Part shown: positions 11,657 through 26,522 of the stretch, in pieces | How the letters are laid out: the number at the start of each line of letters is the position of its first letter | Position numbering within the stretch: position 1 is the first letter of the stretch | Source: Adineta vaga | Taxonomy: Eukaryota; Animalia; Rotifera | Assembly (NCBI GenBank): GCA_021613535.1 | Contig: CP075497.1 | Span: 8,928,001-8,992,000 of the forward strand | Length of the DNA: 64,000 nt | Direction: 5' to 3' | Program-made: the position numbers and the translations under genes | Notes under the pieces: generated by a model | Told to the model about the DNA's origin: nothing | Databases searched by the model: none | Seen by the model: only the letters and a program-made list of their open reading frames with translations

Positions 11657-14187
11657 ATGGCTCAAACCACTAACGAAAACGACGCTTTAGTTCGTCGTCT
11701 AAGTAATGATATTAACCAGTTTAAAACGACACATCATCTACCGGATGATTTGGAATCGAGTATGTTTCGAAGAAATTCCATTTAAATCGCTAAATTATCT
11801 CTAATTAGTGACTGGTGCAATAAGTCATCTACAAAAACAAGCACAAGAGGTTATGCGTCAAAAGCCCAAATGGCAATCCTATTTTCAAGGACAAATGATT
11901 ACAAAAGATGATTATGAATTTATTTCTCAATTTGATCAATTAAATGCTGAAGGTCGTGCTAAAATGCTTGCAGATCCAAATATGCGTAGTCAAGTAAACT
12001 AAACTTTGTTTTTCTTTTATAGAAGATATGACTGGATTATTTTAGTGTGCGAAAACATTTTTAACGTTAATGTCAAAATTATTTAAACAGCAAACATTAC
12101 GATATTTATTGACATTAATGGATGAATGTCTTCGAGTAAATTTTTATTGGAAATATCTACGAAATAAGATGAGAATTGTGTGTTTTGTTTTTTTCTTCAG
12201 GAAGATAAAAGTCGAGTAGAAATATTTAATACATATGCTAAAATGAAAAAAGAACAATTATGGTCATATTTTTTCAATATGTTTGCTAATCAAGATCAAT
12301 TTGTTGTGTATCAAGTAAAGAAACATTTTTCTATTTTAATAAATATCAATTGATTTCATTCGATAGACAAGTCGAATTATTTCTAAACTTGCTTGTTGGA
12401 GTGTCGAACGAATGTCATCATCGGATTTATCATATTATTTAGCGTGGCTTAAAGAACAACTTAAACCACAAGTAAATTATTGTTTTTGATCAAAAAGAAA
12501 ATTTCCATAAACAAATATTTTCGTTTTAGGGTAATGAATATTTACAAAGTGTTTGCCGAAATTTACAAATGATGTTACGTATTGAACAATATCGTGAAGC
12601 ATTTGTTGCAATCGATGGTATTCCAAGGTATTCTAACTTTATTGCCAAATGATTTCTTTTCACGAATGATTGTTTTTAGTATTATGCAAGTGTTAAATAA
12701 TGCTTCTGTTGGTTTTCAAGTACAATATCAATTAACATTTTGTTTATGGGTATTAACATTTAATCAAAGTATCTCTACAATTATGTCCAAGTAAGTCAAA
12801 AAGCTAAGAAGGAAAATTTGATTTAATTGATATTGATTATTTATAGATACACAGTCATTCCACGTCTTGCAGAGATTCTTGCTGAAACTCAAAAGGAAAA
12901 AGTAACACGTATGATTGTTGCATTTTTACGAGTAAGTGTAATTAATATTTAATTGATATTGTTTAATTTGTTTGTTTTTCTAATAGAATTTACTTGAAAA
13001 ACCGGAAAGTGACAAAGTTATTCGTGAAAATGCGATGACAATGATTGCATGTCGATTGGTTAAACCATTGGAATTACTTAGTACGAAGAAATTTGATGAT
13101 GAAGATATCAATGAAAATATTATATTTATCAAAGAAAAACTTGAAGGAAATCTAGAAGATGTGACGTATGTTTAAAAGAAAAGAAATAAATCATTGAACT
13201 TATTTCTTATTTGATAATATATTTTAGATCATTTGATGAATATGCAGTAGAAATTCGATCAGGTCGTCTTTCATGGACACCAGTTCATCAATCAGAAAAA
13301 TTCTGGGTGGAAAATGCAGCGAAATTAAATGAAGGAAACTTTGAATTATTGAAGTAAGTTATCGATAGGTATTCATTTTCTATACAGAATCAAATCGCCT
13401 TAAGCGATACATTTTTCATCAGTGAAATAACTTCTTAGATCAATATCTCTATTGATGAATGTCTAAAGATTGATTTGAATCATTTTGTTTTCAGAATGCT
13501 TCTTCGTTTACTTGAACAAAGTAAAGAACCATTGGTTTTATGTGTTGCTGCTCATGATGTGGGAGAATATGTTCGACATTATCCTCATGGAAAAAAGTAT
13601 ATATATATATATATATATGTAGTTATTCGATTGAAAATAATGATTTTTCTTAATGAAAATTTTAGAGCAATTGATAAACTCGATGGCAAAGTGATTATCA
13701 TGCGTTTATTAGAAAATCCCGATTCAAATGTTCGTTATCAAGGTTTACTTTGTGTTCAAAAACTAATGGTTCATAATTGGTAAGTACAACTTTTTCGAAA
13801 ATTTACAAAATGAATATATTAGAAAATTCATTTTAATAAAATATCTCATCGAATTCTTAGGCAAATGGCAGATCTTTTCATGAGAAACAGATAAATAAAT
13901 GGTGTGGGAACACGCACGTGTGCTCATTTTTTTTTTGTTTTCTAAAAGAAATTTATTTGGCATCTTTTCTTGATATATAATGCATTATAATCCTTCTCCT
14001 TGCGTTTGCCTTATTTATTTTTGATAACTGATAAACCAAAAACGAATTCCATTAGCATGACTTCTATTTATTATTTCTACTATATTTTAGGGATTATCTT
14101 GGTAAACAAGCGGATGCTAGTGCTGGTAACAATAATAATACGACAAACAATAACTTAGGACAGCGACCCGTGGAATCCCGTGCTTGA
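11657..14187 (+). CDS. ATP6V1H: V-type proton ATPase subunit H, multi-exon
   Basis: [94 protein letters not shown]|DYLGKQ. Confidence 0.95.
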
Positions 14188-14721
14188 TTTTGAACGTAAA
14201 GGAAGACAAAATTTTCTTTTTATTTATAAACTTCCAGATAATGTGCAATCGTATTCCTTTGGTCTATATATATATACGTATTCGTGATTGTCATTTTTTC
14301 CAATATCTCTACAACAATTAATTATCTTATTCTTTTATGTATTCCTTCCTATAAATATAGATAGATTTCATGATCAAATGATTTCGCTCAATAATATTTC
14401 TTGTTTATGAGAGCATTTCAGAAAGCTCATTCATATCGTCTTACGAGCCAAATAGAAATTCCTGTAGTACTCAAGAATATGAATGTTAGTCATAAAAAAA
14501 AGAAGATATCTAATCATCATTCATTGTATATTTTTCTTGCTTATAATTAAACTAAAATAGTTTCTTTTCTTACTTCATTATGACATAATGTCTGTTTTTT
14601 GTTAATATAATGCCGAACTAAACAAAAAACCAACGATTACAACAAACAAGAAAAAAAACCAAACGAAGAGAGTGAGTTGGTACTAATGAGAACGAAAGAG
14701 AAAAACTATTTGAAAATTAGT

Positions 14722-17734
<3,013 letters not shown>

Positions 17735-18453
17735 TTCTTTATTTAGAATGATACGGATAGATCTGAAAATAAAATAGTACGAATGAAGAGAACATCTTAC
17801 TGCTTTATAGTCAAAAGTACATTCTGATGCAATGTGCACCTGATAAACTATGATTACGTAATCAGTTTTTTCTACCATCGAGGTAAATTTACAGAATGTC
17901 TTGGAATATTAAAATAGATCAGATCAGATTGAAAAATAAAATTTGATGAAAATTGGAATTCTTAAAATGAGTCAGAAAATAAATAATAAACAAGTAAATT
18001 GATGATGATTCCTCCATCCTCCTCCATCAGAGTAATAACTATATTTGTAAGTAAGTATTTCATAAACTTTGAAGATGTCGTTCGATACCGGTGCAGACTG
18101 GGAACAGTTATTGGCTCGATTGGTAATTCACTACGATTGAAACTGATCAATATCATCGGCAAAAATCACTTTTTACAACAGTAGTAAAGAAATAATGTTT
18201 AGATTGAAGATGAACTATGACCAAGTCAAGACTATGTCAGCATCTGAAATACGTACATACAAGAGATAATTTTCTATCACATATTATTTGCAATGCATGA
18301 ATGTCCATTTAAAGCATCATTGGAATAATACTCGACAACAAAATGTGTAAAAAAAAACGAACATATATTTACGCTATGTTTTAGCACAGAGCAGTTATAT
18401 CATTCACTTTTTATTTTTCAAATATCAAATCGTATCAATTTATATGATATTTT

Positions 18454-19293
18454 TTATGAGAAACTAGCAGGAGTGGCACCAGCACCAACATATTCCCAAT
18501 GCCATGGTTCTGATTGAACGGTACGTTTGAATCCATATTTGTGTGCATTATTGTATAACCATTGATAAACTTTGCTTCCACCACAATTGGGTTTTGCACC
18601 AGATTGTGTACCGCAATTAGTATTTACGTCAAGAGCAATACCTCGACCATGATTTGAGGTGCCTGGACGAGCAGCGAGATTTCCATTGTTACATTTTTTT
18701 GTTTGATAGCAGTTCCAGAAGTATTCTTGACGAGCAACTGTACGAAAGCCTGATGCAATAGTAATTGCTACGCCAGCTTGTTTAGCAGCTGAAGCCATTT
18801 TATCGAAAGCACAAGCGGTCGATGTTGTCATGGTATTATCTTGAGCTGTTGGTGAAGCAGAGTGAATACTAGGATTGCTAAGATGTTCTGGACGAATTTT
18901 TACTACTGAATAAGTTACACCACCGTTGCCTTGAATTGAACTAACAGCATTACCAGCATAACTTCCACAGAGTCCATTAGCTGATCCTGACGATCCACCA
19001 TTAGCAACACAACATTGAATGTTAGCAGCACCGGGACAATGACCAGAAACTGATGTTCCAGCACAGGATGATGTTGCAATACAAATTCCACTTCTTCCAC
19101 TAGCGTTGCAACTAGTACCACGTGGAATACAACATTGGATGTTTGCTGCACCAGGACAACGACCAGGAACTGGTTTGCCTGAACATGATGAAGTTGCAAT
19201 ACAACTTCCTTTCGCATTTTCAGCTGTACATGCTGTTTGTGCGGATACAGCGACAGATCCAACAGCAAGTAAATATGTTAGTATCAATAACAT
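18454..19293 (-). CDS. Secreted M15B (VanY/LdcB-like) Zn peptidoglycan peptidase with two N-terminal Cys6 repeats; intronless
   Basis: Signal peptide, two C-x8-C-x5-C-x8-C-x7-CC repeats (GxCPGAANIQCC), then SGFRT..RQ, PGTSNHGRGIALD (SxHxxGxAxD), WLYNNAHKYGF and EPWHWEY (ExxH). Confidence 0.9.
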   Translation of the reverse strand: MLLILTYLLAVGSVAVSAQTACTAENAKGSCIATSSCSGKPVPGRCPGAANIQCCIPRGTSCNASGRSGICIATSSCAGTSVSGHCPGAANIQCCVANGGSSGSANGLCGSYAGNAVSSIQGNGGVTYSVVKIRPEHLSNPSIHSASPTAQDNTMTTSTACAFDKMASAAKQAGVAITIASGFRTVARQEYFWNCYQTKKCNNGNLAARPGTSNHGRGIALDVNTNCGTQSGAKPNCGGSKVYQWLYNNAHKYGFKRTVQSEPWHWEYVGAGATPASFS

Positions 19294-19356
19294 TATTGAA
19301 TATCTTTCGATAAAAGCAAATGTGTGTTTCTAGTTCCAACATAGACAAAACGTCGA

Positions 19357-19364
19357 TTTATATA
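19357..19364 (-). promoter_or_regulatory. Candidate TATA box (TATATAAA) of the first M15 gene
   Basis: About 65 nt upstream of the ATG at 19293, with GC-containing flanks. The paralog has a TATAAA at a similar distance. Confidence 0.45.
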
Positions 19365-20901
19365 AGTGGCAATTACACTGTTTTCGTTGTTAGCTGAAAT
19401 TTCATACTGAAAAAAATATTAAGTGAAGATTAGATATTTAATGAAAGATATAAGTGATTACAGATTTGATAAAACTTTTCAATAAGCTTACTATATAAGT
19501 ATTTTCTCGTGAGTTTATCTTACATGAAATAATTAAAATGAGTGCATTGTTTTGTTTTATTTTTAGATAAAACGAAAACGAGAGAATAACACTTTCCAAA
19601 CATAAAACTCGTTGAAAAGAAAAAAAAATGAATCTATTCTTTTCATTTAAAAATATTTCTCTGGAAATAATAATAGAAGAAAACAAATTATGAACAAATG
19701 AAAATTCGTTCTTAATGAATCGATTTCTCAGATGATGATTTTTCTTTGCTTTTTACATAGCCAAACTATTTTTTCAACATATCTTTTATTCAATTATTTG
19801 AGGGTGTTTTCCGAAGTACTATTAGTCAAGAGTACTGCGAGTTCGAATTAGAATTCTTAATAATCATATTGTTTGTGTTTTGTGTCGTGTGAAACGACAA
19901 ATTTCGAACTTTTCTTTTTGACACCAGATCATCTTGAATCACATGGGAACCGAACAGATATTGAGATGGGATAGGATTAGTTTCAAATGTACAGAACTGA
20001 TTCAAACTCAATGAATTCGACAAAAAATGATTGGTAGGTTTGCATGGTGGACCTTAGTTTTACACGTAACGATAATTCTAATGCAGAAGTAATTGATTCA
20101 GTTATATTTAGTTTATATGATACACTAGTGAATTCGATAGATGAGGAAGTAAAACTTGAAAAATAGCAAAGTTTCATTCAAGTATCTAAATTTTGAGTAA
20201 CTACGTGGTTCGAAAGATTCAGTTAGAAAATAATTTTCTGAAAATAACAATATGTTTGAGGATTAGGAGAGGCCACCCCCTGCTCATGGCACCCCCGTTT
20301 GTATCATTTTCATTACTGTTTTTTTCTCATATTTCAACAGTCAGTTTTTTATTTATAAGAAAAAACAATTAGCCGACATTCTATGCTTTTAATTTAAGAC
20401 CACACCCACACTATTAATCCTCGAACGATTATTATCGAAATATCTGTTATGTCGTCAATTATTTGAGTATGTATTCCATGATCATTTTGCACTCATGAAT
20501 ACATGTAAAGTACGGTTATCAATTGAAATATAAATTATAATTTTTCAAGTTTTTCAGTTTTTGGAAACACATCCAATATTCCAAAATTTAGATCAGTATT
20601 CTAAAGACTCTATTAATCATTATCGATCAAATGTATTATTCGATTGTACAAAGTTTTCGATCTAGTCATTCTATTAAATCAGTACATTCATAAGATATGT
20701 CGAGAATGAAGTCAGGTCAGGCTAAGTTTATATTCTCTTTCATTACATTCATCCATTTCACCTCTGTATCTACATATCCTCATCGTCAAGACACAGACTT
20801 TGATTGCAAATTTTTAAGGCAAAAATTACATTTTATAAAAGCTTTTTCGCTCGAAATTTTTTTCTTAAATCAAGAATAACATAATGTTTTTCGCAAATTC
20901 T

Positions 20902-22321
20902 TTATGAAAAGCTAGCACGACGAACACCAGCTCCACGAAATTCCCAATGCCATGGTTCTGATTTAACTGTACGAGTAAATCCGAATTTATGAGCATTCTT
21001 GTATAACCATTGATAGACTCGACTACCTCCGCAATTAGGTCTTGCACGTGATTGTTTGCCACAATTAGTATTCAAGTCAAGAGCAATACCTCGGCCATGA
21101 TTTGATGTTCCTGGACGAGCTGCCAGATTACCACCGTTACATCGTTTGGATACATAACAATTCCAGAAGTATTGTTGACGAGCAACAGTACGAAAACCAG
21201 AAGCAATTTTTATGTATACACCTGATTTCTTAGCTGCTACTGACATTTTATCAAAAGCACAAGCTGTTCTTGTTGTCATCGTATTGTCAGATGATGAAGG
21301 TGAAAGTGAATAAGAACCTGGATTAGCAAGATGTGCCTTTTGAATTTTTACTACTGAATAACCACTGTTGCCATTGCCTTTGATTGATCTTACAGCAGCT
21401 TTAGCATAACTTCCACATCGACCACCACTGCTTGGTTTGCTAACACTGGGTTTACTTCCACCGCTACTTTTTGGAATACAACATTGAATATTTTTAGCAC
21501 CAGGACAATGACCAGCAACAGATGTACCTGAACAAGATGAAGTAGATTTACATGTTCCACTTTTTCCGTTTGCTTTGCATGAAGTTGCACGAACTAAAAT
21601 TTGAGAAAAGTATCATGCTAAGATGCTCTAAATCACGCTGATAATTGAGAGAACTGTGAAAAACGAAATTTATCTTACCCGTATTTCGTCGTCTTCTTAA
21701 TAATGTTGGTTCCTCATATTCTTCTTCATCTTCTTCGTATTCTTCTTCTTCTTGTGCATTAGCAAATGGATCTTCTTCAAGATCACTTCCACCATAGAGT
21801 GCTTGTTCTGATTGTTGAAGGTCATCCAAGTTAACAACTGAAGGATCAGGAAATTCATCATGTTCAGTTTCTTCTTCTACTTCTTCTTCAATTGTATCAG
21901 GGTCATATGGTTCTATCTCTTCTAATTCCTCTTCAGCAATTTCTTCTTCTGGAATTTGTGCACACATCCAATCATCGGGACAATCTGGTCGACATTGTGA
22001 AAACCATTGTGAACGTGGTTGACACGGATAATCACTACATGCAGTTGGTCCATTCCAACCTTCACCACCACATTGTTCCCAATTTGGCGCTACAGCGTTA
22101 TCTTCAACTTCTTGAGTAGAAGCAACTTCTTTAGCACATTCCCAATCACCACCTGGACATGCCGTTTGACATGAAGAAAACCATTGATTTCGTCGAAAAC
22201 ATTTCGATGAACCTGTACATTCTATTGATCCTGTATATCCTTCACCACCACATTGCTCATAGAGACCTGCCGATAAAGCAAAAGGTACAAAAGCAACAAG
22301 CAAAATTGAAGTCCAATACAT
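20902..22321 (-). CDS. Chimeric secreted protein: 2x CBM1 - acidic spacer - RRRR - Cys6 repeat - M15B peptidase (~444 aa; exons 22321-21679 and 21593-20902)
   Basis: CBM1 motifs LYEQCGGEGYTGSIEC...NQWFSSC and NWEQCGGEGWNGPTAC...SQWFSQC. An 85-nt phase-1 intron (G|GTAAGA...TTTTAG|TT) joins ...RRRRNT to VRATSCKANGKSGTCK...GHCPGAKNIQCC, which reads in frame into the 20902-21279 ORF (SGFRT, SNHGRGIALD, EPWHWEF). 643+692 = 1335 nt. Confidence 0.88.
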
Positions 22322-22382
22322 TGTCTTCCAACTAATGTCAATGGAAAAGTGTGTATGATTTACATAAAGAAAATGTCATGGG

Positions 22383-22388
22383 TTTATA
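22383..22388 (-). promoter_or_regulatory. Candidate TATA box (TATAAA) of the CBM1-M15 gene
   Basis: About 62 nt upstream of the ATG at 22321. Confidence 0.4.
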
Positions 22389-25182
22389 TGCTAGCTGGTA
22401 ATTTTCGATTTATTATTGAATTTGATTGTAAAGTAACAAAAATAAATGATCTTAAAGGCTTCTGATATTTTATATTCTTGTATTAATACTTTTGAAATTT
22501 GATTTTCTATCTGCAATACAGATAGATAGTTCCATTGACGTATGTGTTGAGATTTAGAGGTCTGGCAATATAATTGATCCAAAAACAAATTTAAAAACAA
22601 ATTGTTTTAATGGCAAGTTCTCATACGACCTACTTCTCTAAAATATAGCAACCAAAGTCGAACTTGAGTCGTATATGTAACACACATTCAAGTGATAACA
22701 TTGTTCAAAGTATTTTTTAACTACTGTTCATTCTAAGAGTAACAGTTTTCAGAGACTTATTTCCAGCACCTACATATGCAAGCATGAATAGAAAGAAATA
22801 CATTTGAATCGAATATTTTTTTGTGTCTGATCTTAAACAAAACGATATTGTAGTATCAATCTATTATGTAAAAACAAGTTAATAGGCCAAAATATATTCC
22901 ACCTTATTTTTCTATAGAATATCAGATTTCATAGGAAAGTTTAGCAAATAACTTTCTTAATCTTTATCAAGCCTGCCGCCAGTTTACTGAAAAGATACTG
23001 ATTGACGTTCTAAAAATAAATGATTGTTTTTTTTCTTATATTTTTATCGATATTCAGTTTCTTTTGTAAACTAGACATTGATGAACAAAATACTCAATGC
23101 GCTTAACGTTCAATGAACTTTAACGACTTTTCTCTGTTTAATTATCTCATTAATATTAATGCAGAAGTTCGAACAAAGAGATATGAATCTCAAAGAAATG
23201 AACGATCAACTTTCATATCTAGACAAAAGTAGATATACCAATCAGTCATATTGATGAGTGTAAATCTAACCACAAGAGTATCTGTAATGATTGATGAGCT
23301 TTTCTTATCTCTACGTCTATCATATGGACAAGTGTTCTCTTTTCTTCTCTTTTCTCCTCATTTTTTTTCTCCATCTTGATGTGATTGAATATGGACGTTG
23401 TTCTCGTTCTTTGCTTTTTTATTCTAACCCATGTGGTTCAACTAAACATAAAAGGAAGAAAGATCGCAATAGATCATTGATTATTTTACTTGTCCGCAAC
23501 GGGAGAACGAACACGAGCAACAACAATGACGAGACTAATAATCGGAAATAAATTGTCGATTCCGCCACTCTCCAATCTATGCTTCTATAAGATCAAACAA
23601 ATCAGAAGAAAAAAAAATGAATAACACATGTGTTACAAGTGAACTGCCTGATTGCAATTAATCATCATTGGTCACTCCGAAGTAAATATTCATGCATAGA
23701 TATTAAATAAGGAAAAGATGCGCTTATGCTTGAGGGTATCCTTTCATAGTCGATAGATTCGAATCAATCACTACTAGTCTACTATCTTATCCATAGGAGA
23801 AATCTTTGTGACATGCACTGAAGTCATTTTAGAGCTTAGAAAAAGAAAAGATGTCAACCATAGAGGTGTAAATGGAGAGAAAGAGTGAGCACGTCAGCTG
23901 GACTAGATTGATGTCAATGGAAAATGAATGTAGTGAGCGACTGGTCACTAAGTATGCATCCACTCGACTTGATATGAAATGATGAGAAAGTAAGACACAT
24001 GGAGCGTTGAAATTAGATGAATGAAAAAATCAATTTCCGTCTATTGTGGTCATACGAGTACAGTCCATCCGCATACACACCCTAAAGGTCTAATCAGAAC
24101 AAGGCAGAAGACGCTTGTGTATGTTTGTCTGTGTTATTCTTCAAATTAAACTATCTTTGCCAAGCAAGTGCGTTTACACGCCCATCTGGGATTACTCTCC
24201 TCAAGATACAAGCAGATGAAGATTGAGAACGAAGAAAAAAAAATCTGATATAGTATCTCCTATTCTCTTTAACAATTTTGACTATGTTCACTAACATTAT
24301 TGTGTAATTAGACAATATTGAGTTCAAGCGTATCATTTGCATTCGTTCACCAGATGTATATGCTTCAACACTTGACCAACATCAGTCGTTCTATACATAT
24401 ACTATGATATATCTATTAGTCATTCAAGTAAATTTTTTCTTCTCTTTTCTTTTTTTTCAATACATCAACATGATCGATGAGGCGAAACGTCGAACAGAGA
24501 AGGAGTAGAAGGAGAAGAAGAAGAAGAAAAATAAATGATTCAAACATATATTTGTACACCTTTGTTCGATCTTAGACTAACACCATCACATTTCTCTACA
24601 ATTTGATTGAGGTGCGCATGTACACACTAACAGTCTAAATCAAATATTTGAGTCCATACGTCCAACGCGTCGAAGATCAATACAACAGACGAAAAGAAGA
24701 GTGTGAGGGATAAGGTTTGTATTGTATGAGTTAGATTGTCGAGGACGACGACTAACATATCATTCGGTATTGTCAAGATGAACAAACATGAATATTAAAG
24801 GTGCATAGAAGGATCAACTATTCGATTAACTTTGATACGTCTATCATAGTGTGAGCATCATCAGTTGGTTTTTTTCTCTTAGTTTGCTGATGTCGATTAG
24901 TCACATCATATATATATATATATATCTAGTATTGAGTCGGACGTGACACAATAGAATAAAAAAAAGAGAGAAGAAAAACGTACGAAGAAGCTCGATAGTA
25001 TTTCTTTTTTTCTGAGAAAAAAATGTTCGATGCCAGTCAGAAAAAGAGGAGAAAAAAAAGAAGCAACCAATAGGAAAATTTTCTCTCATCAATCTCGATG
25101 CGTAATAAAATAGTATAGCAGGAGAAAGAGAAAAAAACACCAATGATTGTCAGGACATATTATTTTTTAGATTTTCTCAAAC

Positions 25183-25686
25183 ATGGGGAATGATAATCAA
25201 TTTGTTGATCAACCACCGCCTGCTTTCATCGATCCAACCCTACCAACAAGAGCAACTAAAGATGGTATTATCGCTCTTCAGACACCAGTCGAACCTATTG
25301 ATTGTCGTCAAACGCTTTTGAACGAAGAAAAATCTTCGACAAAACCTCGTCGTTCTTCTTCATCGTCGTTTTTAACTGTCGATAAAATTTTCGCCATTGC
25401 TCTCTTTATTCTATTAATTATCCTTATAGCTTATATATTATTTCATGGTAAAATTACCGACGTAAGATTAAGTCGTTTGACCGATAATGTCGAATTTAAA
25501 TCCAATGATATTCGTACAATATTAGAAGAAATAAATCGAACATTAAAATCAATTGAACATCTTCTTGTCGAACAAAAGAAGAAGACAAATATTAATCTAC
25601 AATTAAATGGACAAGATGTACGAGAATTCTATACAAATCAAACAGTGTTACAGGAATTTTTACGTCGATTTAAAGATCGTTTATAG
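25183..25686 (+). CDS. Unknown 167-aa single-pass (type II-like) membrane protein with a short coiled coil
   Basis: Good ATG context just after a TTTTTAG acceptor, TM helix IFAIALFILLIILIAYILF, heptad-like IRTILEEINRTLKSIEHLL. Composition looks coding. Confidence 0.6.
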   Translation: MGNDNQFVDQPPPAFIDPTLPTRATKDGIIALQTPVEPIDCRQTLLNEEKSSTKPRRSSSSSFLTVDKIFAIALFILLIILIAYILFHGKITDVRLSRLTDNVEFKSNDIRTILEEINRTLKSIEHLLVEQKKKTNINLQLNGQDVREFYTNQTVLQEFLRRFKDRL

Positions 25687-26522
25687 ATCTGATTATTATT
25701 ATTTTTTTTGTAAAGATTCTACAATCAATTTCGTTTGCATTTCTTCATCCCGGCTATAATCAAAATCTTGTCAAACATTTCTTTTTTCATATCTTTCTTT
25801 CTTCGTCGGATTACTATGTGTATATCAAGAAAATTGTTCGATGTCATTTGGTTTCAATTTTTGATGTGAGAGAAACAAATACACGTGTAAACTCCTATGA
25901 GTTTTCTATACAATTTGAAATGATAGCGTGTGACTAAAACAACGAAGCCTATATGTATATGATGATTAATTCGGCCTCAAGCAGCATGTGTAATGAGTGT
26001 CTCCGTCTCGTTTCATTTATACTTAGCATAGTGTACAGTCACGCACGTATTGAGGGAAAAGAAAGAAACAAGAAATTGATAGGAGTGGTTCAACATCTGT
26101 TTTCATCTAGAGAAAAGGAAGTATTCATTTCCGTTCATATGAAGTGCGACGGTCATTCAGACACATTGACTTTTGATTAAGTTCAGTGGTCGAACAGAAA
26201 TGATACGTGTTCAATTATATAATCTGGCAACATCATTGAAATTTTAAGATGTAAATCATCGTTTTTTGATTACTTTACTTTTTTGAATAAAACAGTAATC
26301 GAAGTTTTCAGTTGTAAATATGAATCAGCTTCTTATTCTATTTATATCTTATTTTAGTCATTGATATTTCGATTTGACGAAGAGAATTTTCATAATTGAC
26401 ATCAGTTGGTTGATTTATTTGACTTTGTTCGGTGCACATGACTTTTATTTCTCATCGAATTTCTTTTTTCGATCTATCATATCGTCAGAACAGTTGGAAA
26501 TCGGACACCTTCTTCCTTCAGA

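Noticed and set aside
17880-18450. Small ORFs and GAA/TTC-like motifs upstream of HSPA9 (possible heat-shock element or gene relic)
   Set aside because: No complete nGAAnnTTCnnGAAn array, and the ORFs have no recognisable motifs.
19790-20300. Short minus-strand ORFs and a GC-rich ggccacccc...ggcacccccg motif between the M15 paralogs, possibly a transposon remnant
   Set aside because: No recognisable transposase or RT motif, no matching terminal inverted repeat or target-site duplication found by eye.
21548-22321. Stand-alone 257-aa CBM1 protein as given in the ORF track
   Set aside because: Its last ~43 residues come from intron read-through and an out-of-frame stretch of exon 2. A strong GTAAGA donor and TTTTAG acceptor splice it in frame to the M15 exon.
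22400-25100. Several 60-86 aa ORFs in the intergenic region
   Set aside because: Phe/Leu/Ser-rich translations of T-rich tracts with no consistent exon structure.
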